NCBI GenBank assembly: GCA_050246815.1
Contig: JBFWVI010000004.1
Location: 1-64,000 of the forward strand
Direction: 5' to 3'
From: Bdellovibrionales bacterium
Lineage (GTDB): Bacteria > Bdellovibrionota > Bdellovibrionia > Bdellovibrionales > UBA1609
DNA length: 64,000 nucleotides
Made by a program: the position numbers and the translations under genes. Each line of letters starts with the position of its first letter. Position 1 is the stretch's first letter. This document shows positions 1 to 8,762 of the stretch, in pieces. The notes beneath the pieces are model-generated. The model was given only the letters and a program-made list of their open reading frames with translations, was not told where the DNA came from and did not search any database.

Positions 1-162
1 CCCAAGCGCCTTAACCAATTGATAGGCATGGAACAAAAGCCCTCTGAATACGCTGGGCGCGTGATGAACATTTATTCAGCGATGTACCGGCAATTGGTGC
101 GCGAGAGCGTTCATAAGACATCCAAAGGCGCGCAAATTCGCCTGGCCCAAAACGAACCATAA
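1..162 (+). CDS. 3' end of a gene entering from the left edge; possibly the C-terminus of a lytic transglycosylase (SLT)-like protein
   Basis: Frame 1 is open from base 1 to TAA at 160-162 (PKRLNQLIG...SEYAGRVMNIY...). The 'Y..RV..IY' ending resembles SLT C-termini. Partial sequence only. Confidence 0.4.
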   Translation, partial: PKRLNQLIGMEQKPSEYAGRVMNIYSAMYRQLVRESVHKTSKGAQIRLAQNEP

Positions 163-183
163 TATACAGACGACGTTTTTTTG

Positions 184-1842
184 TTACTTGTAGTAGTCCG
201 GTGAGCGGGCGTGAAAATGCCAGGGCATCATTTTTGTCAACAAATGCCGCCCCCGCCATGGTCCTAAAATATTAATTGCGGTGGTTGCACCAGCCAGCAA
301 AGCCGCAACCACGCCGCTCGCCAGCACATCAACACCAGACAAATATAGGTTTTTAATCGGCGTGTCAGGTCTTAACCAGCGCTGCTCGAAGCGCTGAGGA
401 TCTTGAGCCAGACCGTAAATTTCACCGGATGGATGGTTGCCGTACTGTTTCACTGTCAACGGTGTGAAAGCATCGGCGATCTCCACCTGACCGCGAATGC
501 GCGGGTAAAGAGCATAGGCCTTCTCGAGGAAAAACTCTTTCATCTTTTCTTTGTACTCAAGATATTCAGCCGGGCGATTGGCATGGGTGGAATCCGCCCA
601 TTTTTGGTAACGATCAATACGGTCGTGAGAGGCCACAAGCAGAGTCGACTTGCCGGGATGCTTTTGCGACCACATTGGATCGCGGGCGGATTGTGAAATC
701 ATATAAATAAAAGGGAACTTCATCGCCCCCAAATCGCTTTGGCGCATCTCGCGCAAAGATTCCTCGTAATCGTAAGACGGGTATGAGGTCACCGGGTAGG
801 CCGCCAAACCCAACTCCTCGGCGCTGGCGCTCAAACCCAAAAACACTCCACTGGCCGAACCGGTGGAGTTGAGTTTCATTAAGGCGTCGATAAAGGGCAG
901 TTTGGCCCGATACTCTTCACCGACCAAACGGCCAAAGGTGCCTTTGACACCGACGGCGCTAATCACCCGTTTGGCGGCGATGGGCGTGCCGTTTTCAAGT
1001 TCCACACCGCAGGCCGCGCCATCTTTGATGGTGATCTTTTTGACTTTCGCACTGAGCGCGACAGTGCCACCACAACGTTCAATGGTCGGAACGATTTGCA
1101 GCGCCAAACCGGCCGTCCCCCCCACGGGATAAAAAGTACCGCCGATGCTGTTGCCCCTCAGCATGGCATGCCCGGCAAAAGATGAAACTTTGGGTGGCAC
1201 ACCGAATTCGTGCCAAGGACCGCCTAAAACAGAAATCAACTTTTCGTTTTGAGTGAGCCCACTGCAAAAACCATGGGTCGTGTGACGGGCGTATTTTAAA
1301 AATCCGGGGCGAGTGAACGGAGTTATCAAGTCACCGATCCACTTGGGCACCATCTTTTCGGTAAAAAAGGGCACCATGGCATTTTCGCATTTGCGAACTT
1401 GTTGAACGTAGTTTTGGATTGCTTCCCGCTCTTCAGGAAAACGCGAAGCCAGACTTTCTACGAACGAATGAAGCCCCGATTGCACCAAATATTCTTCTTG
1501 CGCGGGCCCGTAATAAAAGCGTTCCAGCATATTGGTGCTGGATTGCCACCGGACCTGGCCATCCGAAATCCAATTGAAAATTGAATTCATGGGATGCCCT
1601 GGGTAACCTGCCTGGCCATCGTAGTGTAAACCGGCGTTGAATTCGAAGCTACCTTTACGAAAGACGTGAGTGTAGCCACCGACGGCGTAGTGGCCTTCTA
1701 AAATCAAAACGCTTTCCCCGCTTAAGGCCAAAATCGCGCCACAAGTCAGCCCGCCCATACCGGCACCAATGATGATATTGTCGTATTGCTTGGCCAAGGA
1801 CAGACGGCTTAAAGGCGTGCCCATGCCTCTGAGGGATTTCAT
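184..1842 (-). CDS. FAD-dependent oxidoreductase, phytoene desaturase / all-trans-retinol 13,14-reductase (RetSat)-like
   Basis: N-terminal IIIGAGMGG...E Rossmann motif, GGYTHVF, FYPVGG, TPLT...GEIYG and TPIKNLYLSG..GV..A C-terminal signature; 552 aa. Confidence 0.85.
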   Translation of the reverse strand: MKSLRGMGTPLSRLSLAKQYDNIIIGAGMGGLTCGAILALSGESVLILEGHYAVGGYTHVFRKGSFEFNAGLHYDGQAGYPGHPMNSIFNWISDGQVRWQSSTNMLERFYYGPAQEEYLVQSGLHSFVESLASRFPEEREAIQNYVQQVRKCENAMVPFFTEKMVPKWIGDLITPFTRPGFLKYARHTTHGFCSGLTQNEKLISVLGGPWHEFGVPPKVSSFAGHAMLRGNSIGGTFYPVGGTAGLALQIVPTIERCGGTVALSAKVKKITIKDGAACGVELENGTPIAAKRVISAVGVKGTFGRLVGEEYRAKLPFIDALMKLNSTGSASGVFLGLSASAEELGLAAYPVTSYPSYDYEESLREMRQSDLGAMKFPFIYMISQSARDPMWSQKHPGKSTLLVASHDRIDRYQKWADSTHANRPAEYLEYKEKMKEFFLEKAYALYPRIRGQVEIADAFTPLTVKQYGNHPSGEIYGLAQDPQRFEQRWLRPDTPIKNLYLSGVDVLASGVVAALLAGATTAINILGPWRGRHLLTKMMPWHFHARSPDYYK

Positions 1843-4800
1843 GCGCCAACTCCGCCTTTGACTTCAAAAAGCACCATGGTGATATCGTCATCTTGGGCCA
1901 CATTGCCACGTATCTTGTCGATTTCGCGCACCATGTATTCGACCGCATCGCTCACATTCATACCGCGCGTTTGTTCAAATAATTTTTTCGTGCGGCGGGC
2001 GCCGAAAGGTCCTTTGGCCTGCGTCGGCATTTCTAAAATTCCATCTGTCATAATGTAAACCCGATCGTTTTCGTGTAACTGTATGGACTCCAAGCGGGGC
2101 TCAAAGTTTTCAAGCCCCATGGCGTAACCCGAGGCCTGAATCAAATCGACACGGCCATCGGCCCGCATGACAAAGAATCCAGGGCAACCGGCATGCCAAC
2201 TGTGCAATTGTTTTTTCTTCAAGTCGATTTCAAGTCCCACCGACGACATCAAAAAATCGCCCTTGGTCATATGGTGCAGCATTTGACTCGTGGTCTTCAT
2301 CAAATCCGGCAGCGGTTGGCCCGCAGGCCCCGTTCCCCCATAATTAAAGCAAGCCGCAATATAGGATGTGATCATCGCCGGTCCCGCGCCATGCCCGGTT
2401 ACGTCCCCGACAAAAGCGCGAAACTGTCCGTCACGGCCTGCACTGTCGTGCCACCACCAATCCCCACCGCATTGAACGGCCGGGCGGTAAAAACCCGCCA
2501 TCTCAAAGCTGTCGGTTTTGAAGTTTTGCACACGGGGCAAAAGCATCTTCTGCACGACGGCTGAAAGTGCCAAATCTTTTTGCATTTCGCGACGTGAGGC
2601 TTCGACGTTCATCATGCGCACGCTTTCAAAGGCAATCGTGATTTGATTGCCGATCGCCGAAAGCACCTCAATGTCGGGCTCCGAGAACAAACCCTTGGCC
2701 ACCGCACTGTCGACGTAAATCACCCCACGAAACTCACCTTTCAACATCAAGGGTGCCGCCATGATACTGCGAAGCCCCTGCACAATGGCGCTTTTCGACC
2801 CCAAAGCCTCCATCTGATCCGACCCCGTCACAATCATCGGAACCTTGCTCTGCATGACTTTCTGAACCACGGTGCTGCTATAGCCCGTTAGGTTCTGCAA
2901 ATTCTGGCCGTTGACATCCCGTCCTCCAGAAAAGTTCAGCGTGCCTGTTTCACTGTCGAGCAAAAACACATAGCTTCTTTCAGCACCCATGACTTTGTTG
3001 ATTTCATCCAGGGACATTTCAACTTGGCGGCGTGGATCAAGTTCGAGTGAGCTGGCCAAGTTGACACGCAACAATGCATTCATGATTCGCTTGTATGTTT
3101 CATTGCGAAGGCTTGAGCGTGCGATGGATCCACTGTCTTGAATGGTTTTGGGCGCGCTCGGCGCTTCAAGACCAAACTCTTTGGCTATTCGTTGAGCGCG
3201 CAGCACCCAACCATGTTTTGCAGCCAGCTCTTGAGCCATACGTCCCATCACCTGGGCCTCAAAAGTACGGCCGTCCACCTTGGCCAATAGCCCTCTTTCA
3301 CGCAAGATCATGAACTGCGCGAAGACCGAATCGCTGGCATAAGCCAGTGCCTCGGCTTGGTTGAGTAGAATTTTGGCTTTGGCAACTTCGCCGCGCAAGC
3401 GCCGAAGCGCGGAGAGTAAGATCAGATAGTGGCAGCGGCTGACCGAGGTTTTAAACCGTCGTCGCATCGAAGCCACTTCTTGCTCAAGTGCGATCACGGC
3501 CCGACTGCGCTCTTCGCCCGACGCGGCTTTTTCAGCCTGGGCCAGACGGATGTAGCCAATCCAGGCATAGAATAACTTATGCTGAAAATGATCGAAGTTC
3601 AGTTTTTTGAATTCTTGGATATGTTTTTCGATGTCCGGACTGAGATCCTCGGTTTCATACATCGAAATGAATTGCACAGCCGGAAGTTTGGCGGTGATAA
3701 ACTTCATCGCTGGATCCGAGCGTGCCACGATTTTTGCCAGCTCATTGAAAGCTTCGGCGGCTTTGGTGATGTGTCCGAGGATGATCAATTGGCAAAAAAG
3801 ATGGGCGCGAAAGCCGGCCTGGGCGGTCACACGATTCAGCTGGTCGACAAGCGGCATGTACTTGTCAATTTTATCGACCGACTGCCGATGGTACCCTCGC
3901 AGCAAAAATTGCACGATCATGTCGGCGGTAATCAATGCAATGTCATAGGCGCCAAGATTTTTTTCCACCTCGCCCAAAACCTCAAGACCCATTTTTTCAG
4001 CGCGAGTCGCGTCGCCCATGAATTCAATGGCAAACACGGCATTGTAACGGGCGCCGATTTGCGCCGCACGATCATTCAGCCGGTCAGCCACTTGAAAGGC
4101 CTGGCGGATATGAAATCTAGACATGGGTCGAAGCAAAATCACCGCATACAAAATCGCTAAATAAGAATGAGCCCGCACCAGTTCTCGGCTGTCACCCAAA
4201 AGACGCGCAAAATAAAATTGTCGAAACCCCATTAACAAAAGTTCGGGCTTGCGATTCATAAAAAAGGCCAGGGAGCCCTGCCGCTCATAGGCCGTTGCCA
4301 GTAAACGGCAACGCTCTGGATCTGCTGAACGCCGTAGAACACCGGCGAAAAAGTAACCCTTCACGACATTGGCCAAAACGGCAACCAGTCGGCGCAGGCC
4401 GGTGAGCGCGGCCTCACTACCCAGGGTTTCCATTGCCTTTAAACCGGCGGACCAGGCCAAGGAGTATTGGCCCTCATGCATCAGCGCATTGCACTGCAAA
4501 GAGTAAATCAAAGACTTGTTGTTCGCATCGTGCGCCAGCGTCATGGCCTTTTCAAAGTATTCGGCCGCCTTTGGCAAATAGCCAGCTTCCACGCAAGTCG
4601 ATCCGAAGTCCTTATAAAAGGCAAATTTGGTTGGTTCATCTAGCTCGCAAGCAACTTCAAGATCGGAACAAACGGTGAAAAATGCATAAGCTTCGTGCCG
4701 CGCAAATTGTCTTTGCGCATACCGGCCGGCGGCATAGTTGTGTTGAAAGCAGCGCTTTGGATTTTTGACTTTATTGCCGGCCGCGGAATGGCGGGCCAAA

Positions 4801-6908
4801 TCATAAACCTGGGGTGAGTTTTCATCCACCTCTTCTTGCAGCAGGTCAACGATTTGGTCGTGCAGTCCGCGCCGAACCTCTTCGCTGAGGTCCGACAAAA
4901 TTGCTTCCCGAACTCGGTCATGAATAAACTTATAGTCCTCGACATCCACAGACTCGATGACATTAGCGTTGACCGCTTCTGATAATGCATCGCGAACGTC
5001 CGATTTTTTTTGGCCCAACAGGCGCGACAAAAATCCGCCCTTAAAGCTGAAGCCGGTCACAGCCGCCATTCTGAGCGTGGTTTGGGTCTGCTTCTGCAAC
5101 GACTTAAAACGCGACAAGACCAATTCGTAAATGTCTTGCGAAAGATCCACAATGCCCAGCTGATCCATGTCCATCATCCAGCAGCCCTGCTGGATGTATA
5201 GACAACCCGATGAAATCAATTTGCTGATGTATTCGATCAAGACCAAAGGATTCCCGTGCGAAAGCGCATAGAGTTTTTCTAAAATTGCGGCGTCCACTTC
5301 GCGTTCGCCTAAGTGAGATCTTAAAACCTCACTGGTCCCCTGGAACGTGAGGGCTTCGATCGACATGACATGAAGACATGAAGGGGCGATCATTTCTTTA
5401 AAAAGAGATACGGCTTGGACGCTTTCGGTATCATTGCGAGCTGTACCGATGACTAACAGTTTACTTTTACCCATCTGCTGCGACAGCTCGGCAATCAAAT
5501 CGCGCGAGACCTCATCCAACCACTGCACATCATCGACCAACAGCACCAAGCCGGGGCCAGCCTGTGCCATACGCATGAAAAACTGAGCTCCGTGTCTTAA
5601 AAAGCTAATCCGGTCCGTACCGGCTTCGATCTGAACTGGCAACCCTAAAATTTTTCGCAAACCATCGCTCAGGCCTGCCACCATGGTCGCAGACTCACCC
5701 GCAGCCCGGATGATAAGTTCGGCACTTTTCGAGCGCGCAGCACCCTCTTGCTTTGAAATTCTCATTGTATACTGGTCAAGCGCCTGGCGTATCGCCGCCA
5801 ATGGAATATCTCGCTCAAGCGGGCTGCACTTTGTGCTGATGATGGTCATTCCGTGCGATGCGGCGGCTTTGATGATTTCTCGGGTCAGGCGGCTTTTACC
5901 CAAACCCGCTTCACCCTCAATCAACAAGCAACGCCCATACGACTTAGCCGCTTCTTCTAAATGTTTTTTTAAATCTTCAATTTCTTTTTGACGACCCAGC
6001 AGTGGGGCCTGCTGTGCGCCAACGAAGTCACGGCGGCCAAGCGATAAAGCTTCGCCAAGGCGTAGCCGATCTTCGAATTCAACCAGATTTTCCAGGTCGA
6101 ACTTTAAACCGCCTGCCGATTGATAGCGTTCTTCGGGATCCTTTTTCAACAGTTTGGCGATGATCTCGGCCAGGACCGGCGAGGCATCCGGTTTCAGCTC
6201 CAGAATGCTTTGCGGCACTCTGCTTGCGTGCATATTGATCAAGGCCCCGACGTCTTCACTTTCAAACGGCAGGCGCCCGGTCGCAGCCCGATAAAGCACG
6301 ACACCAAGACTATACAAATCTGAACGGCGGTCCACTCGGCGCTTCAAGGCCCCCAACTGCTCTGGAGCTGAGTATTGAAACGTGCCGACCAGGGCCTGGT
6401 TTCGAAAACTTTCTTCGAGTTCCTCTTCATCTCCGCCCAAATCAAAATCAATTAACTTCGCGCCATCTTGTTCTGAAATCACGATATTGTCGGGTTTCAC
6501 ATCTCGGTGAATCAAGCCCATGCGATGAATTTCATCAAGGGCGGCACTGATTGAACTGGCGTAGCCGACAATCTGCTCTTTGGATAAGGCTTGGTTCATT
6601 GTTTCTTGCAGCGAACGCCCTGACACAAGCTCCATCAGAAGATAAAGTTGTTTTTGGTATTCACCAAAATCAATGATGCGAGCCAAACTTTTGTGATTGC
6701 AGCGCGCGAAAGTGGCCATTTCTTTTTTGAAGCGGACCTTGCTTTCGACTTCATCCGTTTCAGAAACATTTTTAATGACTTTCAGAGCGTATGATTGACC
6801 GCCCTTTGAAACACGATAGACCCGCCCCTTCGAGCCCTCGCCAAGGTACTCTTCGATGCGGTAATCCGCAAACTGACTGCCCAAGCTTAACTTTTCATCG
6901 TTCATCAA
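1839..6908 (-). CDS. Multidomain Ser/Thr kinase - AAA/STAND ATPase - helical repeat - GAF - PP2C (SpoIIE) phosphatase
   Basis: Kinase GEGSKG, ALK, HRDVKPDN, DFD, APE. Walker A GEAGLGKS and Walker B LLVDD. GAF (RSIMAAPL..GVIYVD). PP2C GGDWW, GDVTGHG, TDG, DDIT. Confidence 0.9.
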   Translation of the reverse strand: MMNDEKLSLGSQFADYRIEEYLGEGSKGRVYRVSKGGQSYALKVIKNVSETDEVESKVRFKKEMATFARCNHKSLARIIDFGEYQKQLYLLMELVSGRSLQETMNQALSKEQIVGYASSISAALDEIHRMGLIHRDVKPDNIVISEQDGAKLIDFDLGGDEEELEESFRNQALVGTFQYSAPEQLGALKRRVDRRSDLYSLGVVLYRAATGRLPFESEDVGALINMHASRVPQSILELKPDASPVLAEIIAKLLKKDPEERYQSAGGLKFDLENLVEFEDRLRLGEALSLGRRDFVGAQQAPLLGRQKEIEDLKKHLEEAAKSYGRCLLIEGEAGLGKSRLTREIIKAAASHGMTIISTKCSPLERDIPLAAIRQALDQYTMRISKQEGAARSKSAELIIRAAGESATMVAGLSDGLRKILGLPVQIEAGTDRISFLRHGAQFFMRMAQAGPGLVLLVDDVQWLDEVSRDLIAELSQQMGKSKLLVIGTARNDTESVQAVSLFKEMIAPSCLHVMSIEALTFQGTSEVLRSHLGEREVDAAILEKLYALSHGNPLVLIEYISKLISSGCLYIQQGCWMMDMDQLGIVDLSQDIYELVLSRFKSLQKQTQTTLRMAAVTGFSFKGGFLSRLLGQKKSDVRDALSEAVNANVIESVDVEDYKFIHDRVREAILSDLSEEVRRGLHDQIVDLLQEEVDENSPQVYDLARHSAAGNKVKNPKRCFQHNYAAGRYAQRQFARHEAYAFFTVCSDLEVACELDEPTKFAFYKDFGSTCVEAGYLPKAAEYFEKAMTLAHDANNKSLIYSLQCNALMHEGQYSLAWSAGLKAMETLGSEAALTGLRRLVAVLANVVKGYFFAGVLRRSADPERCRLLATAYERQGSLAFFMNRKPELLLMGFRQFYFARLLGDSRELVRAHSYLAILYAVILLRPMSRFHIRQAFQVADRLNDRAAQIGARYNAVFAIEFMGDATRAEKMGLEVLGEVEKNLGAYDIALITADMIVQFLLRGYHRQSVDKIDKYMPLVDQLNRVTAQAGFRAHLFCQLIILGHITKAAEAFNELAKIVARSDPAMKFITAKLPAVQFISMYETEDLSPDIEKHIQEFKKLNFDHFQHKLFYAWIGYIRLAQAEKAASGEERSRAVIALEQEVASMRRRFKTSVSRCHYLILLSALRRLRGEVAKAKILLNQAEALAYASDSVFAQFMILRERGLLAKVDGRTFEAQVMGRMAQELAAKHGWVLRAQRIAKEFGLEAPSAPKTIQDSGSIARSSLRNETYKRIMNALLRVNLASSLELDPRRQVEMSLDEINKVMGAERSYVFLLDSETGTLNFSGGRDVNGQNLQNLTGYSSTVVQKVMQSKVPMIVTGSDQMEALGSKSAIVQGLRSIMAAPLMLKGEFRGVIYVDSAVAKGLFSEPDIEVLSAIGNQITIAFESVRMMNVEASRREMQKDLALSAVVQKMLLPRVQNFKTDSFEMAGFYRPAVQCGGDWWWHDSAGRDGQFRAFVGDVTGHGAGPAMITSYIAACFNYGGTGPAGQPLPDLMKTTSQMLHHMTKGDFLMSSVGLEIDLKKKQLHSWHAGCPGFFVMRADGRVDLIQASGYAMGLENFEPRLESIQLHENDRVYIMTDGILEMPTQAKGPFGARRTKKLFEQTRGMNVSDAVEYMVREIDKIRGNVAQDDDITMVLFEVKGGVGA

Positions 6909-7539
6909 CGTACCATTGCGATAAAACTAATGCCAAGACCAGGCCCAGCCAGTTCGCGATTTGGTACAACTCAGCCGGGGACAAGCCGGGCACGACGACA
7001 TCCATTATGAACAGCGCCGGGCGCACCATGCCCGTCGCCAGCACCGCGAAATAATTGCGGGCCGTCCAACGGCGGTGAAGCCGGTACTGACCAAGCCAGA
7101 CGTAGTGAATACTTTTATAAGCGGTGAAATACCAAAAGAAGGCGAAACCAATCACCGCGACTTGCGTCACCACGCCGCCCAAAACGCCGCCCGAAAGAAT
7201 CAGGCCCAAACCTGCAGTCAAGGCCCCCAGCACCATGTAACATACGCCCATCACACGATGGAGCTGGCGATGCTTCACGCGAAACTTGTCATTCAGCTGA
7301 AACAAACCAAGCACCAGCAAGGTCATACCGAATACAATGTGCCAACTGATCTTGGCAGCCGACTGACTGTGATGCACCAACGCTTCACTGTAATATTTTG
7401 TGATGCTGGGGATGAAATGGTTTTGCGTCAGATGCTCTTGATTAAAATTTAAACTCAGAATGAACTCGGTCGCCAGAAACAAAAAAAGAACCGCGAAAAG
7501 ATAGATCACCACTTTGCCGTTGAAGATTTTTTTGTTCAT
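6895..7539 (-). CDS. DUF2306-like membrane protein
   Basis: Several TM helices with HIVFG...FQL...R.KHR.LHR..G..Y and HRRW..RNY motifs. Confidence 0.7.
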   Translation of the reverse strand: MNKKIFNGKVVIYLFAVLFLFLATEFILSLNFNQEHLTQNHFIPSITKYYSEALVHHSQSAAKISWHIVFGMTLLVLGLFQLNDKFRVKHRQLHRVMGVCYMVLGALTAGLGLILSGGVLGGVVTQVAVIGFAFFWYFTAYKSIHYVWLGQYRLHRRWTARNYFAVLATGMVRPALFIMDVVVPGLSPAELYQIANWLGLVLALVLSQWYVDER

Positions 7540-8543
7540 TAGCCCGGGACCAACATCACGCGCCCCACGTTGCCAGATTTTTCGGCATGGCGAACGGCCT
7601 CTTTGATAGAGGTCAGGGGGTATTCTTTTTCAATAGGAGTCACCATGACTCCCTTTTGCACCATTTGCATCGCTTTGTTCATGGCTTGAGTGCGGAGCTT
7701 AATGGGGGCATTGAACCACCATCCTGGTAACCAAAAGCCCTGGACCGAGAGATTATAGAAAAGCATCTTTCGAATATCGATTGAGGACTGGCGCTGTAAG
7801 TCCAGCAAACCATAGACAATCATTTTTCCGGCATCCGAGAGCAGTTTGAAACACTGACCCGTGATTTCTCCACCGACCGCATCAATTACAGCATCCACAC
7901 CCTTCAACTGAGTGAACGACATGACACTTTTGCCGATGTCTTCATTTGAAGAGCAAATAACGTGGGTGGCCCCGAGCTGCCGGATTTCTTCAACCTGCTG
8001 CGGTCTTCGCACCACGGCGATCACCTTATAACCTCGCACGGAAGCCAATCCCAACACCATTCGCCCCACGCACGAGCCCGCCGCCGTCAGCAGCAGCGTG
8101 TGCTGCGGACCCAAATTTAAAATTTCAACGGTCATCACCCATGCGGTGAGTGGCGTATTGAAAAAATCAGGCGTGTGCAGCAGATTGATATCTTTGGGCA
8201 ACAAAACGACGTCGGATTCGTCGACGCAAACCAGTTCTTGCCAACAACCGTTGGTCCACCCCGGCTTTTTAAAGGGCATGATCAAAACGGTGTCGCCGAT
8301 GGAAAAGCTGGTGACTCCTGGACCAACGGCCACAATTTGACCTTGACCTCCATAACCCGGCACCGTCGGTGTTTTTTGCGGCGTTCGATAAAGGCCACGG
8401 ATCGTCGCCATGTCGGCCGGCACGATGGACATGTGGCTCATTTTGACCACAACCTCGGCGGCTTGGGGGGCGGGATCGGCTAAATTTTTTGAATAAAGGA
8501 CATCTGCGGGTTCGCCAGGCCTGTCGTATAAAACTGCGATCAT
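7539..8543 (-). CDS. MDR-family, zinc-independent 2-enoyl thioester reductase-like oxidoreductase (candidate trans-ER)
   Basis: PAD...IRGLY, PG..G.G, PLTAWVM, LTAAGSCVG, DAVGG, YGLL, GFWL motifs typical of ETR-like/quinone-oxidoreductase MDRs; no Zn-binding Cys cluster. Confidence 0.75.
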   Translation of the reverse strand: MIAVLYDRPGEPADVLYSKNLADPAPQAAEVVVKMSHMSIVPADMATIRGLYRTPQKTPTVPGYGGQGQIVAVGPGVTSFSIGDTVLIMPFKKPGWTNGCWQELVCVDESDVVLLPKDINLLHTPDFFNTPLTAWVMTVEILNLGPQHTLLLTAAGSCVGRMVLGLASVRGYKVIAVVRRPQQVEEIRQLGATHVICSSNEDIGKSVMSFTQLKGVDAVIDAVGGEITGQCFKLLSDAGKMIVYGLLDLQRQSSIDIRKMLFYNLSVQGFWLPGWWFNAPIKLRTQAMNKAMQMVQKGVMVTPIEKEYPLTSIKEAVRHAEKSGNVGRVMLVPG

Positions 8544-8762
8544 ATATTGATTACCTATGCCTCAATAAATCTTAATAAATCACTCGCCAAACCGATAATA
8601 AAGTTCGCTGTGGTTAAAAATTCTAGTCCTGGCCCAGTGGCCTAACGCAAGAAATCACGACCAATGTCGCAGGCTAAATCCTTGGTAAAACATCAAGATC
8701 CCGGCCTTTTAAACCGAAAATATTTGTGAACCTTAACTTAATTTTTAAGTTTGCAGGCCCAA

